DNA of 64,000 nucleotides, from assembly GCA_024707325.1 (NCBI GenBank), contig JANPZY010000003.1, positions 17,361 to 81,360 on the forward strand, read 5' to 3'. Source of the DNA: Opitutus sp. (GTDB taxonomy: Bacteria > Verrucomicrobiota > Verrucomicrobiia > Opitutales > Opitutaceae). A program made the translations under genes and the position numbers. Positions 1-9,623 of this stretch are shown piece by piece (positions within the stretch are counted from its first letter, which is position 1; each line of letters starts with the position of its first letter). The notes below the pieces were generated by a model, which was not told the origin of the DNA, searched no databases, and worked only from the letters and a program-made list of their open reading frames with translations.

Positions 1-547
1 CCAAAGCGGCGATGGAGGAAACGGGAGATAAAGAGGGCAGAACGCGCACGTAACGTTGGAATTAGCAGGCTGTAACCGCACCGGGAATGCGGTTACATCT
101 CCCATGGAACGTGAGAAACCGTGCTGAAAACGTGCAGTTTGGGGCGAGTGTCATGCGTTTTTCGGCCGGAACGAAGGCCGGGGGAGCGGGGTTTGAACTT
201 CGCGCGCTCGTTCCTGACTCAAGGGTCATCTCATAACTTTCGGCGTTCCCCAAAACCGACTTTTCGAGCGTGGACGCTTTTATGCAGGTGGCCGTTTCCG
301 TGGCCGTTCCTTCGCGAATACGAGGCAATCTCACCCCAAGCCATCCATCGCGGAGGGCAGGCGACGGGCGCTCGTTCGCGGCGCTCTCTCGGCCCCTCCC
401 GCACAATCTATTTTACCAATTTCCAGCCGAAGGAATTCTGTCGAGACAAATATGCGGTTACACTTTCCGCTTGCGAACTGGGTGGGTGTTGTGCATTTCT
501 TGGGGGCGATCAGGGATCGCGGTAATTTTGGGGTAATCAAGGACTGC

Positions 548-589
548 GCCCGGCACGGAAGGGGTTCTGTGCCGGGCTTCCTTGTTTTC
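548..589 (+). terminator. Intrinsic-terminator-like hairpin (plus-strand orientation)
   Basis: Stem GCCCGGCAC (548-556) pairs with GTGCCGGGC (569-577) around a 12-nt loop, followed by the T-rich tail TTCCTTGTTTTC. The reverse orientation has no T tract. Confidence 0.45.
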
Positions 590-914
590 AGATGGGTTCA
601 GGTGGCGTGCGCAGCGGGCGGTAGGTCTCGTGGGCCTCCTCTTGGCGATGGAGCCGCTCCTCCACTTCGCGCATGTGGGCTTCCTCGTCGTAAAACTTGA
701 GGTCGTAATACTCCGAGGGACCGCGAGGCATGACGCTCAGGTCGACCTTGCACCCGTTTCCAAGGTAGAGATTCCACGCGATGCGGCCGTGCGGCTTCGA
801 CTCTTTGTTCGCAGCGGAGCGCGCCGCGGGCAGCGGAGTGCGGAACGGACCTTCAGCAGGGACGGCGAAGCGCAGCTTCAGCGCGATCGCCATGAGGATG
901 AGGGCGGTCGTCAT
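588..914 (-). CDS. Hypothetical phage protein (108 aa)
   Basis: ORF whose ATG (914) overlaps the upstream stop as ATGA, consistent with operon packing. No family recognised. Confidence 0.4.
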   Translation of the reverse strand: MTTALILMAIALKLRFAVPAEGPFRTPLPAARSAANKESKPHGRIAWNLYLGNGCKVDLSVMPRGPSEYYDLKFYDEEAHMREVEERLHRQEEAHETYRPLRTPPEPI

Positions 915-1378
915 GGTAGAGTCTCCCACCATTTCGCTTTGCGCATGCGCGTCGTCATGCCGCGCTCGTAGAGCAAATGGTTGCCGTAGTCGTGGCAGAC
1001 GAGGCGACCATCGAGCCGTCCCCAGTTGCCAACCTTCAGGTCTGTGAAGAAGGCCGGCACCGAGGGGAGTTCGGCCTCGAGCGTTTCGATCGGGACCGGC
1101 GTCGTGCGCCTCTGAATCAACGCTGCGCCGCAACCACTGATCGCGAGGCACGGGGCGAACCAGCGGGCGAAGGCGGTGTCACACACGCGCTGCCAGACTT
1201 CCCACTCCTGCGGATTCGCGAACGTGCCGCACCCCGATTCCAGCTTCACGACGAGGCTGCTGTCCTGCCCGTGCGCGAACACGCTGCGGTGACAGCCGCT
1301 GCCGAGCGGTTGCCCGACGAACATCCGAACAATGTCGTTCGTGGCCACGACCCCGAGTTCCTCGATGAAGAGTTTCAT
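911..1378 (-). CDS. Small protein-kinase-like protein (phage-encoded, 155 aa)
   Basis: Ordered kinase-like motifs: glycine loop LGSGCHRSVF, VVK lysine, EWEVW glutamate, catalytic-loop-like TDLKVGNWG (D-x-K-x-x-N) and HDYG in the DFG position. The protein ends soon after, with no full C-lobe. Confidence 0.45.
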   Translation of the reverse strand: MKLFIEELGVVATNDIVRMFVGQPLGSGCHRSVFAHGQDSSLVVKLESGCGTFANPQEWEVWQRVCDTAFARWFAPCLAISGCGAALIQRRTTPVPIETLEAELPSVPAFFTDLKVGNWGRLDGRLVCHDYGNHLLYERGMTTRMRKAKWWETLP

Positions 1379-1713
1379 GGCACCTCGATGCGCGAGCTGA
1401 TCTGCTCGATACGGGTGATCACCTCCTGAAGCGCCATGTGCGTCTCGCGCATCGTTGATGCGAGCGAGCAGAGCGCAGGCTCCGGATTCTTTTCTCCAGC
1501 GGGCGGCTTAGGAGCCGCTTGGCTCAGCACCGAGCTAAGACGATTCTCAAGATCGCCAACCAAGCCGAGCAGAATCTCGGCATCCACACGGAGCATGGTA
1601 TTGAATCCACCAACCTGCGGAACGCGATCTGATGTTTCACAATCGGCGGGCTTCAGTGTTGCAGCGGGGCGACGGGCAGGGGCTGGGTCTTTGATAGCAG
1701 GGTCTCTTTTCAT
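1375..1713 (-). CDS. Hypothetical phage protein
   Basis: ORF starting at MKRDPAIK (ATG 1713), just downstream of the preceding stop. No family recognised. Confidence 0.35.
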   Translation of the reverse strand: MKRDPAIKDPAPARRPAATLKPADCETSDRVPQVGGFNTMLRVDAEILLGLVGDLENRLSSVLSQAAPKPPAGEKNPEPALCSLASTMRETHMALQEVITRIEQISSRIEVP

Positions 1714-1747
1714 CTGGTTTACTTTCAATGGGTTGAACCGAATTGGT

Positions 1748-2087
1748 TTACTTCTCAGGCGTGCCCTCGACGCCCCGCGCCTTTCGGTCGGCGGTGCGCT
1801 TTTCGAGCCACATGAGCGCCTCTTCGAGCTTCGTGATGACGATGGCATTCTCGCGGCAGGGGGACTTCGTATTCAAGAACCGGATACGGTCGATGAGGAC
1901 GCGGAGCACCTCCTCGCTGGTCGTTCCGTCATTAACGGTGACGAGACTCGTGGAGACCATGTCTCCGCCGACTTTCGTCACGACCTCCTTCTCGATGAAC
2001 TGCAGCGTCTGAACGGGGCAGCCCGGGGAGGCCGTAGCTCTCAAAGTGGTCGAGTTCGTATTTGTGGCCGGGTGTGATGACTTTCAT
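1748..2087 (-). pseudogene. Conserved phage hypothetical protein, frame broken once (likely 1-nt homopolymer error)
   Basis: The N-terminus MKVITPGHKYELDHFESYGLPGLP (ATG 2087) is in one frame. The rest, VQTLQFIEKE...ITKLEEALMWLEKRTADRKARGVEGT, is in ORF 1748..2044. Removing one base of the G4 run at 2015-2018 joins them. Confidence 0.5.
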
Positions 2088-2121
2088 TGGTGTGATTTTC
2101 CTGAGTGTTTGGGTTCTGGAT

Positions 2122-2352
2122 TCATTGCTCCCTCCATGGATAGCGGAGCTTGTGCGCTCTTCGGATCACCTCGTCCGAGTAGCTTTTCGGCGAGTCGGAG
2201 CCGGGCTGATGAACAGGCGAGATGGATGGCAAGACCTCCATGGCCTTCCTCTCGAGCACATCGTAGTCGTAGTCAGAGAGCACTGGCGTGCACTCCACGT
2301 AGTAGAGGTAACGGTGCGCCATGACCTCGAGTTCGAGCTCCTCGGGCGTCAC
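2122..2352 (-). CDS. Hypothetical phage protein (76 aa)
   Basis: ORF tightly packed in the minus-strand operon. Confidence 0.4.
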   Translation of the reverse strand: MTPEELELEVMAHRYLYYVECTPVLSDYDYDVLERKAMEVLPSISPVHQPGSDSPKSYSDEVIRRAHKLRYPWREQ

Positions 2353-2600
2353 GCTCCACCCTCCCCTCTGGGCGGCTGCACGATGACAACAGGAGGAAAT
2401 ACCTCCCGCTCGGCGCGCAGGCTCGCAATTCGAGTGAGGCCGACCACATCCGTGACGTTGCCGTGCCAGTCGTGATCAACGACGCTGCTCAGATCCTCCC
2501 GAGTGAAGCGGAAGGACAGAGCCCAGCAGTCGAAGTTGGCGGCCAGAATACGACGCACTGCATCGAGCGCCTCTTCCTGTTGCGATGAGAGGGCGCTCAT
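2349..2600 (-). CDS. Hypothetical phage protein (83 aa)
   Basis: ORF with 4-nt overlaps to both neighbours. Confidence 0.4.
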   Translation of the reverse strand: MSALSSQQEEALDAVRRILAANFDCWALSFRFTREDLSSVVDHDWHGNVTDVVGLTRIASLRAEREVFPPVVIVQPPRGEGGA

Positions 2601-2779
2601 GGGCGACGGATTCCCCGAATGCGGTTGATGCGCTCTTCCTTAAGCCCCCTCGCGCGCTCGCAGAAGTAGCGGCCGACCTGAAGAAACATCCAGCAGAGGA
2701 ACACGGCCGCGGCACTCACCGTGACGCCAATGCAGATGAAGCTCATGCCGCCGAGGGTTTGGATGAGTCCGGCCATCAT
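2597..2779 (-). CDS. Small membrane protein (60 aa)
   Basis: MMAGLIQTLGGMSFICIGVTVSAAAVFLCWMFLQVGRYF is a hydrophobic span. The start overlaps the upstream stop. Confidence 0.4.
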   Translation of the reverse strand: MMAGLIQTLGGMSFICIGVTVSAAAVFLCWMFLQVGRYFCERARGLKEERINRIRGIRRP

Positions 2780-3177
2780 GACGGCACCACCTCGCCATCG
2801 ACCGTGAGCGGCCCTTCGATTTTCGGCGCTTCCTCGACGGGCTTTTCGCCATCGGCTGCGGGCGACGGGGCGTTGGCAGCAGATTCGATGATGTTGTCGA
2901 TCGTGGCCGCGGCGACGATGTTGTCCGTGTCCGGACAGGTCAGGAGAATCGTCTTCGTGACAACCAGGATGGAGACCTTCCACTGAAGCTCTCGCAGCGC
3001 GATCATCACGTGGAAGTCCACGCTGTTGAAGCCCTTCACGATAAACGTGAGCGGCCTCGTCATATCGTGCTCTTGGCCGAGTGCCTCCTCGATGGCCTCG
3101 AGCTGCTCGACGTAAACGCGGTTGGCGATTCGCGAGGTGATGCCGTGTGTGATGGCATCTGGAATTTTGCGTTTCAT
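2776..3177 (-). CDS. Hypothetical phage protein (133 aa)
   Basis: ORF in operon register. No family recognised. Confidence 0.45.
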   Translation of the reverse strand: MKRKIPDAITHGITSRIANRVYVEQLEAIEEALGQEHDMTRPLTFIVKGFNSVDFHVMIALRELQWKVSILVVTKTILLTCPDTDNIVAAATIDNIIESAANAPSPAADGEKPVEEAPKIEGPLTVDGEVVPS

Positions 3178-3536
3178 TGTGCTGAACGGGTTTGGTTGAA
3201 TAGGTCGGTGCGGGAACGAACCACGGTCATGCCCCCAGCGGGGATGGGATGGCCGCTCGAGATATTGTCCTTGAGCTGTTGGTTACTTAAACCTGAGCGC
3301 ACGCAGAACTGGAGGTAGTGCTGATAGCTCGCCTCTGGAAGACGCGCCACGTCCACGACGTAAACAAGGGTCTCCATGCCGCCGATGACCACGTTGCACG
3401 GCCTCTCCGACATGATCGGTGGGTTGACCGTGCCGAAGATATGCATGAGCAGTTCTCGGTCGAACTGATTGGTTGTTGTGACAACGAGATGCATGGTCTG
3501 CATCCGGCGGGCGCGCGGGGCAGTAAGTGAAGGCAT
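3174..3536 (-). CDS. Hypothetical phage protein (120 aa)
   Basis: Start MPSLTAPR (ATG 3536) lies 2 nt after the upstream stop. Contains one copy of the GGTTACTTAAACC motif at 3281-3293. Confidence 0.4.
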   Translation of the reverse strand: MPSLTAPRARRMQTMHLVVTTTNQFDRELLMHIFGTVNPPIMSERPCNVVIGGMETLVYVVDVARLPEASYQHYLQFCVRSGLSNQQLKDNISSGHPIPAGGMTVVRSRTDLFNQTRSAQ

Positions 3537-3538
3537 GG

Positions 3539-3973
3539 TCAGTCGCGGGGGATTTCGTTGTCGGTGCGCAGCATCAGCACCGGCGTCTTTGTTTTCACCC
3601 ACAGCTCCGCTTCCTTGAAGTGCTTGGCCGGCACGTTCTCGAGCGCCTCGCCCACGGTTTTCGCCGGGTAGAGCTTTCCTTTGCGCGAGCGGTTGTAGTC
3701 GTAGGTGGCCTTGAAAATACGCTCCTGCGTCGTCACCACGCTCTCGTTTTCCGGGATCTGGAGCACCCAACCAGCGAAGTCCGTCTTTGGCAGCTCGCCA
3801 TCGGGATCGGAGATGAGGATCACGAACTGCTTCTTAAGCGCGGGCACCTTCTCGCCATCGTCGTCGGGCTGAACAGCGAGGTTGATTTCCTCGATGACTC
3901 GGCGGAGCACGGTGGGCTCGAGCTGGTTGTTCTTCAGGATTTCGGCGACTTTATTAACATCTACTTTGGGCAT
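3539..3973 (-). CDS. Hypothetical phage protein (144 aa)
   Basis: Clean ORF with protein-like composition. No family recognised. Confidence 0.5.
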   Translation of the reverse strand: MPKVDVNKVAEILKNNQLEPTVLRRVIEEINLAVQPDDDGEKVPALKKQFVILISDPDGELPKTDFAGWVLQIPENESVVTTQERIFKATYDYNRSRKGKLYPAKTVGEALENVPAKHFKEAELWVKTKTPVLMLRTDNEIPRD

Positions 3974-3985
3974 GGTATTTATGGG

Positions 3986-4480
3986 TTAGTTGGCTGGAGT
4001 TGAGAGCTGAAAGAGTTGAAGCGGTGTGGCTCGCTTGAGGTAGAGAGGATGCCGGGGGTGGCCCTCTTGCGTGATGCCGAGACAGTGGACATTGAGCCCC
4101 TGCAGGAGCTTCAGGACGGCACTGGCGCGATCCATGTGACTGCCGTGCGCACCCCACGCCGCGACGATCAGGTCGCAGGACTTGGCCGTCTCGATGAGAA
4201 CGCGATCATTCTCGATGCCTACGGGATCAGGCTGGGCCTTCATCACCTTCGGGTCGGTGGCGCGGAAGGCAAAGAGGTTCGTCATCACGAATCCATTGTA
4301 GCCCCACGTTGTAGTGAAATCTCGGATACGTCGCAGCGTTGGATCGAGCTGACTCTCATCGGCGGTCGATGGGTTGAGCCCAATCCACATCGCGCGGCGG
4401 CGCGGTAGAGCCGGGGCGATTTCGTGAACGAGCGAGTAGCGATACGCCCGGCACGGCGAGAATATGCATTCGTTGTTCAT
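3986..4480 (-). CDS. DUF1643 family protein
   Basis: CRAYRYSL...MWIGLNPSTADESQLDPTLRRIRDFTTTWGYNGFVMTNLFAFRATDP...AAWG...HPRHPLYL matches the conserved DUF1643 pattern as I recall it. Confidence 0.7.
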   Translation of the reverse strand: MNNECIFSPCRAYRYSLVHEIAPALPRRRAMWIGLNPSTADESQLDPTLRRIRDFTTTWGYNGFVMTNLFAFRATDPKVMKAQPDPVGIENDRVLIETAKSCDLIVAAWGAHGSHMDRASAVLKLLQGLNVHCLGITQEGHPRHPLYLKRATPLQLFQLSTPAN

Positions 4481-5844
4481 GCGGCGTGGCGGGCGATTTC
4501 CATGAACTTCGCGATCGATCGCTTGAAGTAGAGGCCGACCATGCCGGTGCCGACATCGCGGCCTTTTGCCTGAATCGCAGAGACGTAGTGTGTCGGCTGC
4601 TCGAAGGCGTCGGCGGTGTCGCTCTGCGGGCTTCCGGTGACGAGGTCGGTATTGGGTCGATGCAGGAAGATCACGCGGTCGGCGTCCTGCTCGATGTCGC
4701 CGGAGTCGCGCAGGTCATGCAGCGCGGGCTCGCGGTTGTTATCGGACACGGAGCCGCGATTGAGCTGCGCGAGGATGACGACGGCGCAGTTGTTCGCGAT
4801 GGCGAACTGCTTGAGCACCCCCCGTAACGCGACCGACCGCTTGGGATTTCGTCTCACCTTTCTGTGGTTGGCAGTCGCGCAGTAGGCCGAGGTAGTCGAT
4901 CATCAGCACGTCGAGCTTGCCGCGCCGCGCCTTAATCATCTTTGCGTGGGCGATGATTTCCGCGACCGAGCGGTCGGCATCGAAGATGTGCAGGTTGGGC
5001 AGCTTCAGCCCGGCGAGCGCACAGCGGAAGAGCTCCTGGTCTCGCTCGTGCGCACGGCGCAGGTCTTTCACGGAGATCCCGCTCACAGCGGCCGCCATGT
5101 TCATAGCCACGCGCCACGACGGGACCTCGAGGCTGTTGAACTGAACTTCGAGACCGGCCGCAGCCATCGCCCCTGCGACTTGGCGAGCGAGCGACGATTT
5201 GCCGACGCTGGGGCGGGCGGCGAGCACCACGAGCTCGCCCTTTGCGATCTTGCCGAACACTCGGTCAAGGTCGGAGATTCCGAAGCTCACCTCGGCATCG
5301 GCGGGTAGTGTGTTCGTAACAAGCCTGTCTGTGTAGGCGATCGCCTGATCGACGGATTTTTCCCATGTCTGGGGTGGCGGCGAATCAACCTGAAGAGACA
5401 AGAGGCGGTCAATAAGGGGGCGATCACCTCTTCCCCCACTCCCCCGCCGGAATAGTCGTAGCATGCCTCGGCGAGGCCGGTGCTAAGCTTGATCACCTCG
5501 CGCAGTTTGTGCGTCTCGACCACGCGCTCCATGAAGTAGCCGGCCTGCCCGGTAGTGGGGATGCGACCGCTGACCTGCAATAGGAACGGGTAGCCTCCAA
5601 CAGCCTCAAGCTGCTTCGAGTTCTTCAGTTCCTCAGCGAGAATCGCCACATCGATCGGTTTGCTCGCCGAGAAGAGCGTGACGAGGTGATCAAAGACGGT
5701 CTGGTGGGGCGGGTGATAGAAAGACGCTGGCGTGATGCCGGCGGTGATGCAGCGCGAGATGATGTCGGCGCCATCAAGGAGGCAGCAAGAGAGTAGAAAT
5801 TCCTCTGCTTCGAGGCTGTGCGGTAGGGTTCTGGTTGAGATCAT
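4477..5844 (-). pseudogene. dnaB: Replicative DNA helicase DnaB, split over three frames (two 1-nt homopolymer indels)
   Basis: N-terminal domain: LPHSLEAEEFLLSCCLLDG. Walker A: ARPSVGKSS. C-terminus: ILAQLNRGS...DSGDIEQDADRVIFLHR. The frames join at the G5 run 5416-5420 (needs +1) and the C6 run 4818-4823 (needs -1). Confidence 0.85.
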
Positions 5845-6636
5845 GGACTGGAGAGTTGGAGGTTGCCCGGCTCGGAATTGCCCTTGAGCAGCGCGGCGAC
5901 GTTGGGCGGGATGCGGGCGGTATGGACGCCGGTCGGGATCGGATGCGAGGCCCGGGGCGCGGGCGGCTGATCACAGAGTGCCCAATGCTTCGCCAGAGCG
6001 GTGGGCGTGATACTCACGTCGGGCATGTGCAGACGGTAATTGCTGGCCCTGCGATTGATTTCGTCGGCGGAAACGTCCGCGCATACCGCCTTGATCTCTG
6101 AAAGGGCCTTGGCGGCTTGGGACCAAGCGCTCTTCGTGACCTGCTCGGGCTTCCCGCCTGCTACTGTGGCGAGTGCATCGATGACCGGATTTCGAGCCCG
6201 CTTCGCCTTTCCCGTGCCGTCAGGCGCGGTATTATATTTAGAAGATGAAGGTGAAGATGAAGAGCATGATGTATGCATCTGCACCGGTGATGCACATGCA
6301 TTGGACGTGCTCTGCATAGCCCTCTTTTTCCACCCGCTCCGGGCATTTTTCCGAACGCGATTGACGATACGAGAGCTGTTCAGCGCGGACCTCCTCGAGC
6401 CTCTCGTTGCGCAGTGCGCCATCTTCGCATATGCGGAACTTGAGCATAATAGATGCACATGCATCGGACGTGCAGCCTGAGAGATTCTTAAGTTTCTCGG
6501 GATCGTTGGGCAGCGATCCCTTGGCCCACTGGTAGCAGAGAAGGCGGATGTAGCCACCGACCTCCTCCGCGGACATATCGGCGGTGCCAACGAGGAAGTC
6601 CTGCGCGTAAAGTTGAAAGGCTGGAGCCTGTTTCAT
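5841..6636 (-). pseudogene. DUF1376 (YdaU-like) phage replication-associated protein, frame broken once
   Basis: The N-terminus APAFQLYAQDFLVGTADMSAEEVGGYIRLLCYQW is typical of DUF1376. The frame changes near the T5 runs at 6325-6350. Confidence 0.65.
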
Positions 6637-7142
6637 TATTCAGATTCCACGGTTAGCTCGATGCGCGGACCCTTGCCGTCGTCCCAGAGCTTGAGCAGTG
6701 AGCCTCGGGCGATGCACGAATCCTGCTCCCAAAGGGCGTCAAGGATGCCTTTGTCCACGTTGTCGCGGTCGGGCTTCGAGCGATGGAGTTTCCCGGCCAT
6801 GGCCGCCTGCTTCTTCTGCGACCATGAGGTCGGCATTGGAAAGTATGCGGTCCATGACACGGATGTTGGTGCCGGGTGGATGCCGGGGCATGCGGCACGG
6901 AGTGCGTCGGCGTAGGCGAAGTATTCGACCACGCACGGACGCTTGGCCCACTTATCGCGTCGAGTCATGCGTGGCTTACCCATCGGTGCGATCTGGATCA
7001 CAAACCGGCCAGTCACCCGCCCCGGTTCCGACGACGGAGCGGGTGCTGGCATGTTAACGGTCCGTGGCAAGCCGCCGGGGACGCCTCGCCCGATCTGAGC
7101 GCGCATCGCTGGCGGAAGATCACTGATGCGAAACCGGGCCAT
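6636..7142 (-). CDS. rusA: RusA-family Holliday junction resolvase
   Basis: Motifs MGKPRMTRRDKW and KPDRDNVDKGILDAL. The ATG at 7142 lies 1 nt after the SSB stop. Confidence 0.7.
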   Translation of the reverse strand: MARFRISDLPPAMRAQIGRGVPGGLPRTVNMPAPAPSSEPGRVTGRFVIQIAPMGKPRMTRRDKWAKRPCVVEYFAYADALRAACPGIHPAPTSVSWTAYFPMPTSWSQKKQAAMAGKLHRSKPDRDNVDKGILDALWEQDSCIARGSLLKLWDDGKGPRIELTVESE

Positions 7143-7143
7143 C

Positions 7144-7556
7144 CTAGAACGGCACGTCTTCGTCGAGGTTGTTGGCGGGGCGCGGAGCCTGCTGGGCGGG
7201 ACGGCTTTGAGCGGGGCGCTCATTGCGCGGCGCAGGTGCGGGAGCGGGCTGCCTGCAGAGACAATCTCGAGCTCGCGAACCGTGAATGTCACTTTGGCCT
7301 TCGGCTCTCCGCCGCGTGACTGATAGATCTCAGCCTTCGCTTCGTTGGCCCAAACCTGAACAATGTCACCCTCGCGCAGTCGCGCCGCCGTTTGCGCGGG
7401 TTCCCCGAAGGAAATGCACTCGTGGTAGGACGAATAGGTCTGGTCGCGAAACTTCCGATCAACCTTGATGGTGAAGCCGGTGAAATCCTTCTGTGTCTTG
7501 GTTTGGCCGACGCGCGGTTCGCGCACGACAGAGCCGAGGAGAATATGGGTTTCCAT
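7144..7556 (-). pseudogene. ssb: Single-stranded DNA-binding protein, frame broken once
   Basis: OB-fold N-terminus METHILLGSVVREPRVGQTK... The canonical acidic tail PANNLDEDVPF-stop (stop 7144-7146) is in another frame. Adding one base to the G3 run at 7246-7248 restores the Pro/Ala/Gln-rich linker plus tail. Confidence 0.85.
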
Positions 7557-7561
7557 GGTAG

Positions 7562-8458
7562 TTACTTGATGATTGTCTCGAGTAGGCGCGGGCTCACGGT
7601 GCAGGTGTGGAGCCCCGTCGGGAGCGTCGGCCATTCGTCGTGTTCAAGAGAGCGCAGGAGGCCATCGATTGCCCTGCGGATGAGGAGTCGGCCCGCACCC
7701 ATGCCGATCTCGTCGGAGGTGAAGAGCGCGCACGCATACGGCGGCTCCTTCTCCACCGGCGCGAAGTAGAACGTGTAGTCGTCAGCGGGCGCACCACAGA
7801 GGCCGATTACGCTGAGATAGAACACGTCTTGGATGAAATATCGGTAGTCCCAATACGCGCGGTTCCAGAGATACCTGAAATCGCCGTGTGAGAGATTCTT
7901 GATCGATTTGAAGTCGAGGACGTAGGGCTTGCGCTGCGTGAAGGCGCAGCCATCGGCGCTGTGGACATCTGTGCGGCACTGGACGGCGAACGGGAGGTTC
8001 TCTGGCTTTGCGCGCCAGGTGATTTCGCACTCGGCGTTCTCGATGAGTTGTCGAATCTCCGGATGGCGAAGGAGGCTCTCGCGCATCTCAAAGACGACGG
8101 TGCGATCGTCCTGTTTGATGAGCGACACGCCCGGATGATCTGCGAGCCACTTGTCGCGCTTTGCGCGATTGGTGGATGATTGCAGTGGGCCGAAATCGGG
8201 CGATACAACGTAGCGCCTGTCGAACTCCTCGACGCCCAGCTCCATCAGCTTGTGAAGCATGTCGCCAACCTCGAGAGCCTTCGTCTCCTCGCGCGGATAC
8301 TCACGAGTGATGTGGCGTCCGCGGAAAAACTGCGGACTCTCGATGAAGTCATCTAGCTTCGACTTCGAGAGCGCCGGGTGCGCGTGGTAGGCGTTGTTGT
8401 CCTCACCTACCACGCGGCCGAATGGGCCTATCTCCTTACTTTGCAGGAGCGGGATCAT
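7562..8458 (-). CDS. PD-(D/E)XK-type exonuclease (RecE/YqaJ-like partner of the annealase)
   Basis: Located between the annealase and SSB. Contains NNAYHAHPALSKSKLDDF and VLDFKSIK, a D-x-K-like motif. Confidence 0.55.
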   Translation of the reverse strand: MIPLLQSKEIGPFGRVVGEDNNAYHAHPALSKSKLDDFIESPQFFRGRHITREYPREETKALEVGDMLHKLMELGVEEFDRRYVVSPDFGPLQSSTNRAKRDKWLADHPGVSLIKQDDRTVVFEMRESLLRHPEIRQLIENAECEITWRAKPENLPFAVQCRTDVHSADGCAFTQRKPYVLDFKSIKNLSHGDFRYLWNRAYWDYRYFIQDVFYLSVIGLCGAPADDYTFYFAPVEKEPPYACALFTSDEIGMGAGRLLIRRAIDGLLRSLEHDEWPTLPTGLHTCTVSPRLLETIIK

Positions 8459-8768
8459 TGATCTCGAGGCCGAGGCGCTTCTTGTCGGTGTCCGTCAGGA
8501 CGAACTTCTTCGCGTCGGGATTGCGCGGCGGGAGCTCGCTGCCGAGATAGGTCTGCGGGGTTCCAGTGGGCGGACTCTTCTCGCTGAACTGTGTGCGATG
8601 ATCGGTGACGACCTTCTCGATCTTGTAGGCGTCGCGATCAACACCGTGCTGGAGCTGGACAATCGCATGAAAGTCCTCGCTCGCACGGGCGAGGTTTGTC
8701 GCGCCGATGACGCTCTTCTGCTCGATGCCATCGTGGCGCGACCAGTGGAAGGTGAAGTTGATTCTCAC
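8436..8768 (-). CDS. Hypothetical phage protein (110 aa)
   Basis: The GTG start overlaps the upstream stop (GTGA). Confidence 0.35.
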   Translation of the reverse strand: MRINFTFHWSRHDGIEQKSVIGATNLARASEDFHAIVQLQHGVDRDAYKIEKVVTDHRTQFSEKSPPTGTPQTYLGSELPPRNPDAKKFVLTDTDKKRLGLEINDPAPAK

Positions 8769-9619
8769 GACTTCACCTCCTTCTTCCCCGCGTCGGCAAG
8801 CGGGTTGGTGCTTTCGTTCGCGACGGCGGTATCCACCGGGAACGCATCGTTGACACTGACCTCACCGTCCTTGATGGCGGTGCGAAGGCCGATGAGAACT
8901 TGGAGCTTCTCGACGCCGACATCATCCCAGCCCTTGACGCCAAGAACTGCGAAGGCGCGAGCCTCCGGCACCTTGATGGACTGGAGCCACTGGGCGGCTT
9001 TCTCGCGGCGCTGTGCCAGCGTGGCGCCCTCGCCCGCTGCAACGCGCTTTGCTTCCTCGATCGCACTCTTCAGGAAGGCGCGAGGGACAACCTTGAACAC
9101 GGCATCGCGATAGGCTTTGGCGTGCGTGGCCTTTTCGATGACGACGCGCATGCGCTCGTCGTAAGGCGTGCCATCCTTCTTTGTCGTGGCCTCGGTGACT
9201 TCGATGGCCGCATAGACGTTCTTTTGGAGGTCGTGGCAGGCGCCCTGAACCTTCACGAAGCGTTCGTTTTTCTCGATGGTGCGCGTGCCGGCGCGGATGT
9301 TGCCGTAGGAGGCGGCGACGATTTCGGCCATGCGGATCGACGGGCCTTCGGCGAACTGTTCCTCCCATTGGCCTTGGTCGTTCTTTTTCTTTCCGACCGG
9401 GCGATAATAAACGCAGCTCTCAGCGGTTTCGGCGTCGAGGGTTACCGCGTCGAGAACGTCCTTCTTAAACGTGGCGAGTGAGCGGGGGAATCGGTGTGCG
9501 GTGCTGATCTGAACATCGACTTCGGCGCGGGTAACGGCGACGAGGGACTCGGATGCGAGAACTTCGAGTTGAGCCGTCTCGGCGGCGGCAGGGCTATCAG
9601 TTGAGTTGAGCGGATTCAT
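8765..9619 (-). CDS. RecT/Red-beta-like single-strand annealing protein (putative)
   Basis: Start MNPLNSTD (ATG 9619) lies after the Xis-like stop. Synteny with the exonuclease and SSB supports the call. ISTAHRFPRSL and GPSIRMAEIVAASYGNIR resemble annealase families from memory only. Confidence 0.45.
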   Translation of the reverse strand: MNPLNSTDSPAAAETAQLEVLASESLVAVTRAEVDVQISTAHRFPRSLATFKKDVLDAVTLDAETAESCVYYRPVGKKKNDQGQWEEQFAEGPSIRMAEIVAASYGNIRAGTRTIEKNERFVKVQGACHDLQKNVYAAIEVTEATTKKDGTPYDERMRVVIEKATHAKAYRDAVFKVVPRAFLKSAIEEAKRVAAGEGATLAQRREKAAQWLQSIKVPEARAFAVLGVKGWDDVGVEKLQVLIGLRTAIKDGEVSVNDAFPVDTAVANESTNPLADAGKKEVKS

Positions 9620-9623
9620 GCTG

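Noticed and set aside
121-536. Plus-strand ORFs 121..525 and 270..536 as protein-coding genes
   Set aside because: Composition is not protein-like (Arg/Ser/Pro/Cys-rich), there is no GC3 bias, and no family is recognisable. The region is treated as non-coding.
2122-2352. Similarity of AHRYLYYVECTPVLSDYDYDVLERKA to the Ia domain of NAD-dependent DNA ligases
   Set aside because: The match is short and based on memory alone, too weak for a functional call without a profile search.
6636-7634. Single 332-aa SSB-RusA fusion ORF
   Set aside because: The canonical SSB tail DEDVPF-stop lies in another frame, ending at 7144, and rusA has its own ATG at 7142. The apparent fusion comes from a 1-nt frame error in ssb plus the absence of stops in the high-GC sequence.
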